A stretch of 64,000 bases of DNA from Octopus sinensis (GCF_006345805.1 NC_042998.1:187860001-187924000), one strand, 5' to 3'; counted from the stretch's first letter, positions 26,323 to 39,865 are shown. Made by a program: numbers and translations. Notes: generated from the letters alone by a model not told the origin.

Positions 26323-26672
26323 TACCTTTTACTTGTTTCAGTCATTAGACTGCGGCCATGCTGGGGCACTGCCTTGAAGAATTTGTAGTTGAATGTATTG
26401 ACTCAGTACTTACGTTTTTTTAAAGCTTGATACTTAGTCTATCTGCTAAGTTATGGGGATGTAAACATACCAACACCAGTTGTCAAGTGGTGTTGGGGAC
26501 AAACAGAAACACACACACACACACACACAATAGATTCTACGAAATCGACTCACAAGGCTTTTGTCGGCCTAAGGTTATAGTAGAATACACTTGCCCAAAG
26601 TGCCGTGCAGTGGAACTGAACCCCAAACCATGTGGTTGCGAAGCAAGCTTCTTACCACACAGCCATGACTGC
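26323..26672 (-). mobile_element. SINE-A, diverged
   Basis: Both halves recognisable. Confidence 0.8.
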
Positions 26673-26937
26673 ATCTATTATTACATACATTCACTTAAAC
26701 ATTTTCTTACTTGTATGTGTGGGGTGTGGTTAAGAAGTTTGTTCCAGGTTTGATCCCACTACATGCTATGGTGTTGGCAAGCATTCATTTCCATTATAGT
26801 CTTGGATTAGTTCCATCCTTGTGAGTGAAGTTGTGTAAACACTATAGAGAAGCCTGTCAGTTGAACTGTACCTTTGATTTGAGGAACCAGCCTTGGCATA
26901 CTTCATATCATACCGATACTGCCTGACAGAGACATGT

Positions 26938-27256
26938 CATCATCATCGTTTAACGTCCGCTTTCCATGCTAGCATGGGTTGGACGGTTCAGCTGGGGTCT
27001 GTGAAGCCAGAAGTCTGCATCAGGCCCAGTCTGATCTGGCAGTGTTTCTACAGCTGGATGCCCTTCCTAACGCCAACCACTCCGTGACTGTAGTAGGTAC
27101 TTTTTACGTGCCACCGGCACAGGTTCCAGACGAGGCTGGCAAACGGCTACGATCGGATGGTGCTTTTTATGTGCCACAGGCACGGAGACCAGACGAAGCT
27201 GGCAACGGCCACGGTTGGACAGTTCTCTTACGTGCCACCGGCACTGGTATCACAGC
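26938..27256 (-). mobile_element. RTE-LINE 3'UTR copy
   Basis: CATCATCATCGTTTAACGTCCGCTTTCCATGCTAGCATGGG; CpG-rich young copy. Confidence 0.85.
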
Positions 27257-28000
27257 ATCTTCAGAAAATACTGTCACTTGCATTAAAATGTATACAGTAA
27301 TTTCATTATTATTATATAAAATTCAATGACTATATTAGTCAAATAAATGGAACATTCCATTTTCAAAAGTAATAAGAGAGTCTATCCACATCATTGTTTT
27401 GATGTTCACCTTTCCATGCTTGCATAAGTCAGATGGAGTTCATTGAAGCAGATTTACTATAGCCAGGATGCCCTTCCGGTCACCCAACCTGACCTGTTTT
27501 TGCTGAATATTGGAAACGAATGACACTGCTTGTATGACAATGATGCTTGTTTACTACTGTCACATGGTGTCAAGACAAGGAGACATGCAAGCATACATAT
27601 GTGTGCATGCGTGCGCGCACACACACACACACACAGAGACAGAGAGAGAGACTGAATCAGTTCATATTCATGCTCACTGCATTTCTTGAGGAGGTGAAAA
27701 CTACATCTTACTTGTACATTTCAGTTTCCGTATGCTTTCTATGGCCGTATGCCCTTTGTATCACCAACCTCTGGTCTCTTTTGGATGCATTTTATTGTAC
27801 CACCAGCATTAGAGAGGTTTGTTTCACATCCCTATCCTACAAGGGTACTACAGAAGTTTTCTCATCCTTGCTAAGACAGAAGAGGACCCCACCCTCGCCA
27901 CTTCAGTTGTCTTTGTCAGTTTTTTCATTCCTTTATTACCCACTTGGTGTTTATCACAAATTAGTCTGTTATACATTAAACACATTGGAATATCAAGCGT

Positions 28001-28320
28001 GCACCATTTGAGCATGGCACCATTTGAGCGTGATCGTTACCAGTGTCGCCTTACTGGCACCTGTGCCGGTGGCATGTGTAAAAAGATTCGAGCGAGGTCA
28101 TTGCCAGTGCCGCCTGACTGGCCCCCATGCTGGTGGCACGTAAAAGGCACCCACTACACTCTCAGAGTGGTTGGCGTTAGGAAGGGCATCCAGCTGTAGA
28201 AACTCTGCCAAATCAAGATTGGAGCCTGGTGCAACCATCTGGTCCACCAGCCCTCAGTCAAAATCGTCCAACCCATGCTAGCATGGAAAGCGGACGTTAA
28301 ACGATAATGATGATGATGAT
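28001..28320 (+). mobile_element. RTE-LINE 3'UTR copy
   Basis: Family body + (GAT)n. Confidence 0.85.
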
Positions 28321-28511
28321 GTATACAGGTGTATATTTACATATTTACGCAGACAAACACATAATCAAGTATTGATGTATATATTATTTCATCCTTACTA
28401 AGAGTTTACATTTTCCTATTAACTTCTTAGTTTGTTTTACTCTCCCATGCTTTAGTGTAGTTTGTATTTTAAATAGTTGTAAAGGTGGTGGTAGTGGTGG
28501 ATGTGGTTCAC

Positions 28512-28911
28512 TTACTCTTACTCGTTTCAGTCATTTGACTGTGGCCTTGCTGGAGCACCGCCTTTATTCGAGCAAATCAACCCCAGGACTTATTCTTTAT
28601 TAAGCCTAGTACTTATTCTATCGGTCTCTTTTGCTGAATCGCTAAGTTACTGTGATGTAAACATACCGGCATCGGTTGTCAAGTGATGTTGGAGGGACAA
28701 ACACAGACACACAAACATACACACACGCACACATATATACATATGTACGACAGGTTTCTTTCAGTTTCTGTCTACCAAATCCACTCACAAGTCTTTGGTT
28801 GGCCCGAGGCTATAGTAGAAGACACTTGCCCAAGGTGCCATGCAGTGGGACTGAACCCGGAACCATGTGGTTGGAAAGCAATCTACTTACCACACAGCCA
28901 CTCCTACACCT
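28512..28911 (-). mobile_element. SINE-A
   Basis: Full structure. Confidence 0.9.
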
Positions 28912-29559
28912 GTTTCATAATAATTTAGAAGAGTCTGATAGTGGTGAATTGATTGTTCACATAAATATATTTGTTGTGTGTATGTGTACTCACACTAGCA
29001 TATGTACTTACACACACACACACACCACATGCATCACTTTAGGATCTCCGAAAAAGTTATTAGGACTCCTTCTTAAATATGAAGATCATATAAAATATTA
29101 CTGGATAGTAAGTATTGATGTGCATGTTTGTTCCCTTACATACTCATACACACGTACATATGTAATGTGTTGGGCCTATAAGCAAGTTGTATAAAAAGTA
29201 AGCTAATTTGAGAATATCAGGTGTCATAGGTGTGATTTAAAGCTGTCAGGTGGCAATGGTATTGGATGAAGTCACTTAACAAGTCTGTACACTCATAAAA
29301 GAAAAAAAAAAGTCTTTATTTTCCTCCCACTTTTCACGATTGACATATAAACATATAAACCTTCCTTGGTAAATAGTTGACAACTGCATAAAAGTAAATG
29401 ATTGAGAGGATCATAGCAAGTTTTAGGGCATAATCGAAATGAGTTAGAAAACAAGTGGGAACAGGATTACAAAGATATTTTTTATGGGACAATTGCATAC
29501 ACCACTCTTAGATATATTACTATAATTAATTGCTGGGATAGTATCATAAATTATTTTAA

Positions 29560-29780
29560 CCCTTTAGTGTTCGCATTATTCTGCCAAAACTAATGCTTTT
29601 TTATCCACATTGTTTTGAACTAATCAGGCATTATCTCGTAGCTATGAGATTTTGATGAGGTAGCTGTTAATTTTAAAAATGATATTGTAGGGTAGGTGTG
29701 AGAGACCAGATCTGGCCAGTTTGACCATAAAACAGGCAGAATACTTATGGCCAGATATGGCCGGTTTAAATGCTAAAGGG
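29560..29780 (+). mobile_element. piggyBac-like MITE family 2
   Basis: TTAA|CCCTTTAG ... CTAAAGGG|TTAA. Confidence 0.85.
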
Positions 29781-29784
29781 TTAA

Positions 29785-30151
29785 ACTAGCACTATGACCC
29801 GGCAACGCTGGGTCATAGTGCTAGTGCATGCATAAACAGCTGCGTGCGTGCGCACATACACGCGAGTACTGTCCAAATCTCCGACCAATCACATACAGTT
29901 AGCTGGCATTCAATTGGCATATCAAGTTTTGGGCATTTTGATTGGGTTTTGGATAGAAAATTCACCAAAAAGTCACTTCTATTGATTTTTTAATGGCTTT
30001 GTGGGGTGACTGGGGAAATGTAAAGATGTGCACGACCACCCTTGGACGGTTTTGAATGACCATAGAAAGTGCGAGCCCTCTAACTGAAAAATTGTGGATT
30101 TGTATAAAGGACACACACACACGCAGACATTTTGCTGTTTATATATAGAGA
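29785..30151 (+). mobile_element. Helentron-associated non-autonomous element (HINE/DINE-1-like)
   Basis: 5' ACTAGC with hairpin; 3' (CA)n then TTTATATATAGAGA, the typical HINE layout. Confidence 0.7.
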
Positions 30152-30196
30152 GACATGGTTTTCTTCAGTTAGATGTTTCTGTATCTGTATTTTTTA

Positions 30197-30410
30197 TCTT
30201 TTACTTGTTTGTCATTATACTGTGGCCATACTGGGGCACTGCCTTGAAGGATTTTGAATTGAATGTATTGACCTCAATACTTACTTTTTATAAGCTTGGT
30301 ACTTATTCTGTTGGTTGCTTTTGCCAAACTGCTAGGTTATGGAGACATAAACACATTAGCACCGGTTGTCAAGCAGTGGTGGTGGGAACGAATACAGACA
30401 CAAACACATA
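30197..30410 (-). mobile_element. SINE-A 3' half, diverged
   Basis: GGCCATACTGGGGCACTGCC...CGGTTGTCAAGC. Confidence 0.7.
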
Positions 30411-30966
30411 GATATACAGAGTGTGATGGGTAAATTGTTACCATATTATATTTTTAATTTTGTGCATGTGCATTGTTTGTTTTTGATTTTGTCAAAATTT
30501 TATTGACTACACAGAAAAGTAGGGTCAGTTGGGCACCATCTGTGAGAAAAAGCACTATGATGCAATTTACTCTGGCATCATCATCATCATCCATCATTTT
30601 GAATCCAGGTTTTGTCCCTATCAATGGGGGTGGCCAGATCTACCTCAATGCCATAGCAACTGCCCTCAAACCATCTTGCCATCTTGACCGGTTTCAGGCG
30701 TCCTCCCTTCTCAAGCCCCCCCCAATCTCCTCCTTCATCTATCCCCTCCACATTTGCCTCAGTCTACCTCACTTTCACTGTTCATTTGCCTCAAATTCTA
30801 GCTCTCTCTTCAGAACATGCTCCTCATCCCTATTCAACACATACCCATACCACCACACTCCATTCACCCTTGCCAGCTGTTCCACAGGTTCCTCCAACCC
30901 TAGCATCCCCATCAATGCAACTTTTAGTCTCTTTGTTTGGGACCAAGTTTCTTGGTGGTTGATGTA

Positions 30967-31145
30967 TGAGGGGTCCTGAAAAGTTCCTGGCTTTAAAGGT
31001 GTCCTTTACAGGGCTTAGAAAAACTGAACGACCACTGCAATAAGTGTGTGAATCTGAGGGGAGAATAAGTTGAATAAAATCATAATCAACTGATCCTCTT
31101 GTATTTTCTTTTACCTAAAGCCAGGACCTTTTCAGCATCCTCTTG
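30967..31145. mobile_element. Internally deleted mariner (MITE)
   Basis: TA flanks; imperfect ~29-bp TIRs TGAGGGGTCCTGAAAAGTTCCTGGCTTTA / TAAAGCCAGGACCTTTTCAGCATCCTCTTG. Confidence 0.8.
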
Positions 31146-31291
31146 TAGGATTAGAGTTGTGGTGTAATTATGTTTGTAATAGAAATTATTATTGTCTACA
31201 GTAAGCCTAAGTTGCAGCTTGTATGTGTCCAATTGCAACAACCTGTATAGGCTTGACTGAATTTAGAAACAACGTGAGAAAATTAAGGATA

Positions 31292-31462
31292 GGCGCAGGA
31301 GTGGCTGTGTGGTAAGTAGCTTGTTTACCAACCACATGGTTCCGGGTTCAGTCCCACTGCGTGGCACCTTGGGCAAGTGTCTTCTACTATAGCCTCGGGC
31401 CGACCAAAGCCTTGTGAGTGGATTTGGTAGACGGAAACTGAAAGAAACCCGTCGTATATATG

Positions 31463-31495
<33 letters not shown>

Positions 31496-31704
31496 TTGTG
31501 TGTCTGTGTTTGTCCCCCTAGCATTGTTTGACAACCGATGCTGGTGTGTCTATGTCCCCCATCACTTAGCGGTTCAGCAAAAGAGACCAATAGAATAAGT
31601 ACTGGGCTTACAAAGAATAAGTCCCGGGGTTGAGTTGCTCGATTAAAGGCGGTGCTCCAGCATGGCCGCAGTCAAATGACTGAAACAAGTAAAAGAGTAA
31701 AAGA
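31292..31704 (+). mobile_element. SINE-A, young full-length
   Basis: Near-identical to 18881-19290. Confidence 0.95.
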
Positions 31705-32148
31705 GAGAGAGAGAGAGAGAGATAACACATCAAAAATTGGGAAAAGAAAGGGATGTTTTATAACATCCTCAGTTCACAATTTATCATCATCATCATTATT
31801 ACCATCATCATCATCATCATCACCATCATCATCATTTTATGCTTTCCATGCTGGCAATTGTTAAACAAGTCGTCGTGGTCCATGTGAGTTCTTACTCAGG
31901 TTGGTGGAACACTTCCTAGCTCATGATTCATAATTAAAAATTAGAAATATTGCAATTATTTCATTTTGGAAATTTATTGTGGTTTGCAATATTTTTCATT
32001 CAAAGTAATTTAATTCTGCCTGCTTATTAAGTTTATCGGCGCTGTTCTACACATTCAGTGTAGTATATTACTTGTATTTTTATTGACCCCCTTCCATTCT
32101 TACAGCTTTATTCATAGAAAAAATGGACGGTAATAAGCTTTAGCCTGT

Positions 32149-32207
<59 letters not shown>

Positions 32208-32385
32208 GTCATAATCACTGAACTAAGATATCGTAAAAACTAGCCCATTACAGTCTGCCCCAATCCTCATCACTAGGAAATATCAAAGTTTAAAAATAAA
32301 ATTAAAAAAAACCCATTTAAACATGGCAGATGGAAGGTAAAATTGGTAGATCATCAAACAAACTATCTTGTGGTATTTGGTGTCG

Positions 32386-32609
32386 AGCTGGCAGAAACGT
32401 TAGCATGTCGGGCGAAATGCTTAGCGGTATTTCGTCTGGCGCAACGTTGCGAGTTCAAATTCCGCTGAGGTTGACTTTGCCTTTCATCCTTTCGGGGTCG
32501 ATACATTAAGTACCAATTACGCACTGGGGTCGATGTAATCGACTTAATACCTATGTCTGTCCTTGTTTGTCCCCTCTATGTTTAGCCCCTTGTGGGTAAT
32601 AAAGAAATA
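32386..32609 (+). mobile_element. SINE-B with 14-bp TSD
   Basis: TSD GGTATTTGGTGTCG at 32372-32385 and 32610-32623. Confidence 0.9.
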
Positions 32610-33104
32610 GGTATTTGGTGTCGCATTCTTCAATGTTATGATTTCTAATCCCTTCCTGGGTCAACTTTGCTTCGAAAGGTTGACGAAATAAGTACTAGGT
32701 TGAATATAATTGACCTTGTCTTCTACTTGACCGTAACCCAATGGACAGAACCAGTCAAAGAGGAAACAAACTCAACCAACCAACAAACCAACCAACCAAC
32801 CAACTAACCAACCAAATTAAATGCAAAAACTACAAATCATTCCCTTGTAGAGAGAGTTATGGCATCGTTCTTAATATAGCACAAAACCTCAACTAGTGTG
32901 TTTTTGTTGCTCATTATAAAACTACAAGCTAAATTTGTTGATGATAAACCTGTATAGGAAATCTGTCATGTAACAAAAAGCATTGAGAAGAATTTCTCTT
33001 CTCTCCATTTGGTACTCACATTTCTCATGCTTTTTTATTCCATGGCATATTTTATTTTATTGTCATCCAATATGATGTGAAAGTAGATAACTCAACTATA
33101 TTTT

Positions 33105-33432
33105 ACTCTCATTGTCTTTTTTTTTTTTACCTCTCTTTCTCTTTATGCTCTCTCCCACTCTCTCTCTCTCTCTCTCTCCCTCTCTGACATTATTTCTGTC
33201 TCTCATTTATTTTTCTCCTTTGTATTCTTTTGCTTTCTCTCTGTTCATTTGCTCTCCCTTCTCCTTTTCCCCATTCTTCTTTACTCCACCTCTTTCTCGA
33301 TCAGTTATTTTCTCTTGCTCTGCCTTATTCACTTTCTATTTCTCTCTTTATTCTTCTTTTTTTTTTCCCATTTTCCATTTTCTCCCCTTTCCTGTTCTCC
33401 TCTCTTTCCTCTCTCTCCTCTCCCTCTCTCAC
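33105..33432. repeat. CT-rich low-complexity tract
   Basis: Direct reading. Confidence 0.85.
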
Positions 33433-34637
33433 AAGGTCAACGACTTCTGATAAAACAGCACTATTGCATACTATTGTATTGCAACATAATTGAATTGTAT
33501 TATTAAAGTTTCTTTATGACTTTTCTACATTTTCATAACTATTTATCATGTATAATTTGCTTTACTCCCCACCTCAAGTTAATTTTAAAAAAAACAACAA
33601 CAACAACAATAAGTAATTGAAATAAACCAAATGTATTCATATATTTTCACCAAAAAAAAATATCCAGTAATAATCACATCTATTGTAATATGAATTTTTA
33701 ACAAAAATTATTATTAAAGCTTTTCATAATTAAATTCATACTCAATTCAATTTAAATCAGCATTGAACATTCTTGTTTTCCAGACCTTACTGCTTATTTA
33801 AAAAAAAATTCTATTTTCAACATTTAATTAATGTCTTTGAATCTCTGATAGAATACAACTGATTGTTAACTGATTTTTTCACTTTCCCTTTTTTATTTCT
33901 TAAACCCCAACTCAAAGTCACTTTAACCGTTTACTTGTCCTGTGTTTCACACGTGATGCATAGGGTATATTTCCCTAGTGTCTATGTATCATATATGGTA
34001 TACAGTCCCCAGTTTTTCAACCACTAGAGTATCTTGGGACGTATGGAAGGAAAACTTGATGTTACTCAAAATATGAAATAAAAGCTGACTGGAAGTCTTG
34101 AAAACAAGCATGGATGTTTAGGATAAACTTATAACAATGTTTTGGTGTCTTGGAAATGCAAAGGGTTAATGAGGATCTTCCTCTTAGTTGTGTTGGGGAC
34201 ATAGTTACTTCTCTAGGCTGATATTATGAAAAATACACCTGGTACACATGTTGAGGCTATGTCACAACAAAAGCATCCACTACACTTTGTAAAGTGGTTG
34301 TGTTAGGAAGCTATAGAAACCACCTAAAAATAGAAAGTGAATAAGATGTGGGCCCCCAAATTGTCTTTGTGAGCAATTTCTGTGAATATGTATTGATTCT
34401 GGCTTATAGTAACTCACCCAGCATAGACAGTGGACATTAAACAATGATGTTAATAAGGGGTAGTAATATTCTCTTTCACACACACACACTCACATATATA
34501 TATATACACATATGCATGTATCTATAGACATACATACATATGTATATACACATACACACACATGCATACATACATATGTATACACACACACACACACATA
34601 TATATATATACACATATGCATACACATGCACACACAA

Positions 34638-35021
34638 TATGGTAGCACTCCGTCGGTTACAACAATGAGGGTTCCAGTTGATCTGATCAATGGAACAGCC
34701 GCTCATGAAATTAACATGCAAGTGGCTGAGCACTCCACAGACACACGTACCCTTTATGTAGTTCTCGGGGGAGATTCAGCATGACACAGAGTGTGACAAG
34801 GCCGGCCCTTTGAAATACAGGTATAACAAAAACAGGAAGAAAGAGTGAGAAAATGTTGTGGTGAAAGAGTATAGCAGGGTTCGCCACCACCCCCTGCTAG
34901 AGTCTCTTGGAGCTTTAGGGCGTTGTTGCACAATAAACACTCACAATGCCTGGTCTGGGAATTGAAACTACGATCCTACGATTGTGAGTCCACTGCCCTA
35001 ACCACTGGGCCATTGCACCTC
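34638..35021 (-). mobile_element. tRNA-derived SINE (fourth family)
   Basis: Minus head GAGGTGCAATGGCCCAGTGGTTAGGGCAGTGGACTCACAATCGTAGGATCGTAGTTTCAATTCC with A and B boxes, followed by non-tRNA body. Confidence 0.8.
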
Positions 35022-35758
35022 CACACGCACACACTATATATATATCTTTTTTCTTTTGCTTGTTTCAATCATTGGACTGTAGCCATGCTGGGACACCACT
35101 TTGAAGTGTTTTGTCAAATAAATTGACCTCAGTACTTATTTTTTAAAGTCTGGTATTTATTCTGTTAGTTTCTGTTGTCAAACTGCTTGGTTACAATAAT
35201 GAAAATGAGCCAGTACCAGTTGTCAAGTGATGGTGGGGGACATACATAAACACAGTGACATACGCTCTCACCTGCAACTCCAGGGCACTGTGGCATGTGT
35301 AGCAACCACTCCTCAGCAAATGTTTTGACAAACAGACTAAACCAGGTGGAAGTAGTCAACAGCTATGAAACCCTTGGTTAGTTAGGTTATGTCTACTCTT
35401 GCATAGGAAAACTGACTCTTGCACCAAGCAGAGGAGGAAAATAATGATCCTTTTCAATTATTGAATTCTGGCATACCCCCAACTGTTGTGATCTTGTATT
35501 GTCTGGCAGATCTGGTAAAATAAGTAAGGCTGATGTTGCTCACCTCTCCTTCATTAAATCTAGTGCATGTGTACGTTATAACATCACAGATTTCATGGTT
35601 ATTATTCTGTAGGTGAATGAACAAGGTATAAATTATAGTTGTTTGTGTGTGTGTGGGAACAGCTGTTAATTTAAATATGTTTATAAAATTATGACTGCTA
35701 AAATTCTCTTTTTTTTATATGGATGTTCCATATTTTCTATTTAGTCCATTACGTTTAA

Positions 35759-36232
35759 TCCGTTCGTTACTGTAATTATTTTGAGATACTCTGTGTTTCT
35801 TTCAATCAATTTTAAATATAACAAAGAATTTAGTGAAATAACTTAGTTATCATTAAGCTAGTGTTAGGAACATATATTGTGACTAAGGTTTAGCAGAAGA
35901 TTTTAATTCAAAACTTATGAAAACAAGACATTTGTACTACAGAGCCAGAGCCAATTTCAGCCAGGCTGCTATCAAAAGGGTTAAGAATTGTTTCTCTATT
36001 ATATATTTTAACCCTTTCGTTACTGTATTTATTTTGTGATGTTCTGTATTTCTTTCAATTACTTTAAATATAACAAAGAATTTAGTGAAATAACTTAGTT
36101 ATCATTAAGCTAGTGTTAGGAACATAAATTGCGACTAAGGTTTGTTGGAAGATTTTAATTCAGAACTTATGAAAACAAGATATTTGTACTACAGAGCCAG
36201 AGCTGGTTTCGGCTGGGTTGGTAACAAAGGGG
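35759..36232 (+). mobile_element. piggyBac-like MITE family 1, head-to-tail dimer
   Basis: Same two-unit structure and identical 23-bp linker (35985-36007) as 24477-24949. Confidence 0.9.
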
Positions 36233-36460
36233 TCAATGTTCCTTGCTATTACATTAATGTTCCTGTCTTTAGACCTTCATTGTTCTATCTTCTTGATGAA
36301 GTTGTTAATAACTCCTATAACTGACAGTATAATTCTGAGTTCTTAGGTGGAAAATTTAAACTGATGCTCAGTTAATATCACTACATGATCCTTGTGTGCC
36401 TTTAACAGAATTTACTCTTGCAAGCAGTTTGTTTGCTCTCTAGTGTATTCTCTTTTTTTT

Positions 36461-36867
36461 TCTCTTTTTACTTGTTTCAGTCATTTTGACTGCGGCCATG
36501 CTGGTGCATCACCTTTAATCAAGCAACTCGACCCCAGGACTTATTCTTTGTAAGCCCAGTACTTATTCTATTGGTCTCTTTTGCCGAACTGCTAAGTGAC
36601 GGGGACATAAACACACCAGCATCGGTTGTCAAGCAATGCTAGGGGAACAAACACAGACACACAAACATACACGCACATATATATATATATATATGGATAT
36701 ATACGACAGGCTTCTTTCAGTTTCTGTCTACCAAATCCACTCACAAGGCTTTGGTCGGCCCGAGGCTATAGTAGAAGACACTTACCCAAGGTGCCACGTA
36801 GTGAGACTGAACCTGGAACCATGTGGTTGGTAAACAAGCTACTTACCACACAGCCACTCCTGTGCCT
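36461..36867 (-). mobile_element. SINE-A
   Basis: Full structure. Confidence 0.9.
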
Positions 36868-37676
36868 ATAATTTTTCTCTCATACATACACATGTTTTTG
36901 TTAATGACAATTTGAACTGTTACTAGGTGAATGAACTCTCCAATCCTGGTTTGAGTACTTTAATAGTACCTGTGTTATGATTAAAAATATCATAACTGCC
37001 ATTTTACAGTAAAGATATGATATACAATGCTATACAATGAATAGGATTGAGTGATGATGATGATGATGTTATATATGCACATAACTTATATTGTAGAATA
37101 GTCTCTCCATCAGATGAACTACAACAGAAATATTTTAATACTTCCTTCAACTGTTACCGAGTAAATTTGATAATATCAGATATTTAGATTGAAAACAAGG
37201 AATAATGAAATGTATACTTTTGTCATCTTTCCATCCTTTTAAGTACTGCCGAACTAGAATTTGCTGTGTTTATCCTTTCTGTGTGGTAACAACTGTTATA
37301 ATTTTACCATTAGCCAAGGATCTAAGCACAATACTGAATCAATGTATTGTACCAATTTACCTTTGCATCATTTTAAAAGATAATGAAATGTTGAATCTGT
37401 ACTGTATGTGCACAGTTTCAAATGATTGAGATATATTCCACTTCTGTGGTTTTAGAAAACCAAAGCTTTTACCAACTGCGAGCATACTGAGCTATTTCGA
37501 CATGGCTAAGTAGGCACAGGAAAGATGCTTATTCATTGTATAAGTTACTATATTTACTTATGAAGTAATTGATAATGTTATGATGACAAGGCATTTTCAA
37601 TTATTTTTCATATCAAGAAATTTATTTAATGGTTAGTTAAAAGTTTCTTATTTTATTTAAAAATTAACCTGTTTAA

Positions 37677-37895
37677 CCCTATAGTATTTAAACCGGCCAT
37701 ATCTGGCCAAAATAGCTAATCTGTTTTATGTTCAAACTGACCAGATCCAGGCTCTCACACCTACCCTACAATGTTATTCTACATTAAGTAATTACACCAT
37801 CAAGATCTTGAAGATATGAGATAATGCATGATTAATTCAAATCAATGGGAATCAATAGGCATTATGTTTGATTGAATAATCTGAACACTAAAGGG
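37677..37895 (-). mobile_element. piggyBac-like MITE family 2
   Basis: TTAA|CCCTATAG ... CTAAAGGG|TTAA. Confidence 0.8.
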
Positions 37896-38183
37896 TTAAG
37901 CTTCTTACAAAAACAGAATCCAGAAAAAACAAACAGCTAACTATATTATTAATCAATTTATTTTTATATTTTGAGTTTTGTTAATAATTTTAAACATGTT
38001 AAATTCTGTTATAGTAATTAATTTGCTCACCACCAGTAATGTAGTTTTTCTTGTTTCAGTTACGATTATTGTCAACATTTACTCTAAAGCATTACTAAAA
38101 TTTGTTACTAAACACACAAGTAATGATTTTTGTCTGATTTATTCATGGTCACTAAAATATGTCATATTTCTTAAACATTTTAG

Positions 38184-38224
38184 GCAAAATATTCATATGA
38201 CAGGGTGGAAAATGGTACAAAAAG
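38184..38224 (+). CDS. Weak candidate small exon (AKYSYDRVENGTK)
   Basis: CATTTTAG|G acceptor, AAG|GTAACA donor; short enough to be chance. Confidence 0.22.
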
Positions 38225-38418
38225 GTAACATCTTCGGATGTATTCAGCTTGCTGTAATATACTTGCTTTAAGCAATTTACAGATCTTTACACACTTCAAT
38301 TTGTCTGCTGCAGGTCTTTCTCTTTTTGATGGTGCATATTGAAAATTTAGGGGAAAATGTATGAAAATCACTCTTTCATTTTTTCCCTTTCACTTTCTCT
38401 CTTGCCCACTTTCTTTAA

Positions 38419-38639
38419 CCCTTTAGTGTTCAGATTATTCTGTCAAATGTCATATTTGTTTGTTTATATTGTTTTGAATTAATCATGCATTATCTTGTAG
38501 TTTAGAGATTTCAGTGATGTGATTTTTTTAGTTTTAGAACGACATGGTAGGGCTGAGGTAAGAGGCAAGATCTGGTCAGTTTCAATATAAAACAGGTTAA
38601 ATATTTTGGCCGGATATGGCCGGTTTGAATGCTAAAGGG
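38419..38639 (+). mobile_element. piggyBac-like MITE family 2
   Basis: TTAA|CCCTTTAG ... CTAAAGGG|TTAA. Confidence 0.85.
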
Positions 38640-39865
38640 TTAAACCTTACATATATTCTTTCTCCCTTTCACTGACTTATTCTTTGTAATGCTTTCTTTC
38701 TCCTGACAACTTTTTGCATCTCTGTGTTTGTACTCAGGAAATCTAATTGAGTATTGTGACTAGTTTTCTTGCAATTCTGTCAGACTATGTATAAAGGACA
38801 TGGACCAGCATGCAAGAATGCTTGCATGAATTTAAGTCCCTTTATATGTGTAGTGTGTCTAGAAAACAGCAATGTTTTCATTAACAGCTTTACAATTTAC
38901 AATTGCTTGTCTTATATCATTCAGTTGAATGATTCCTCTTGGGTGACATGATGTGCATAACATTTTGCCTGAGGGAAATCCAACTTCAGTCTTTCATTTG
39001 GAAAATGATTTTTATGACTTGAATTTACTGACTGTGTTAACAATTACTTTATGAAGTTTGTTAGTCTCTTGTATCATTAAAGTTTGCAAATATGAATAGG
39101 TTTTTATAGCCTTGGTGGATATGAATTGTAATATTTTAGCTATTCATTTGAATAATTGTACTCGAGTGACCTGCTATATTTAAGCTTTTACCCCAGAGAA
39201 AACGAAGATTAGCCTTTTTTTTTTCCCAGAAAGTGATTTTATTTACTAATTTTAGCTGAGAGAGAGACCACGATTTTATTCCTCAGACTGGTTATTTTAA
39301 ACTTTTTAAAACATTCTATGTCCTTAATTATAAATGTTTAAACTTGACTCATTTCTAATTTCATTTTATTCTCCATTGCCCCGTATTTAACTTTATAAAC
39401 ATACTGTGTGTGAATGTGCATGTGTGTACGCGCACACACACACACACGTACACACATACATGCATGTATCCACACATGCTAAGTAAATAGAAATCTGCCA
39501 CTTTCTGCAATGAACATTCCAATTGTTTATTCAAGTGAACTATCTGCTCATTGAATTAGTCTGTAGGTGGCTGAGTATTCCTTAGGCAAAATCATCATGT
39601 CATAGCATGTGATTAGGCTGTACCTTCGAATTTGGGTTTAACCCCTTCAATGGGGTTCTTCACAGTTTCTATTTATCTAATTTCATTCACAAGGCTTGGG
39701 TTGACTTGAGGCTATAATAAAATTCACTTGTTTAAGATGTGTGAGGGATTGAACCCCAGATCTGATGAACTATAGCCATAGCATTCTCCTTTCATAACTA
39801 ATACCACTTTCCTAAGCTAGAAAGCAAAAGCTGAGGAGTCATGGAATAATTTGTTATTTTATCAC

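Noticed and set aside
26990-27256. CRISPR-like spaced repeats (GGTGCTTTTTACGTGCCAC)
   Set aside because: The spacers resemble one another, the context is eukaryotic and there are no cas genes; these are internal modules of the RTE UTR.
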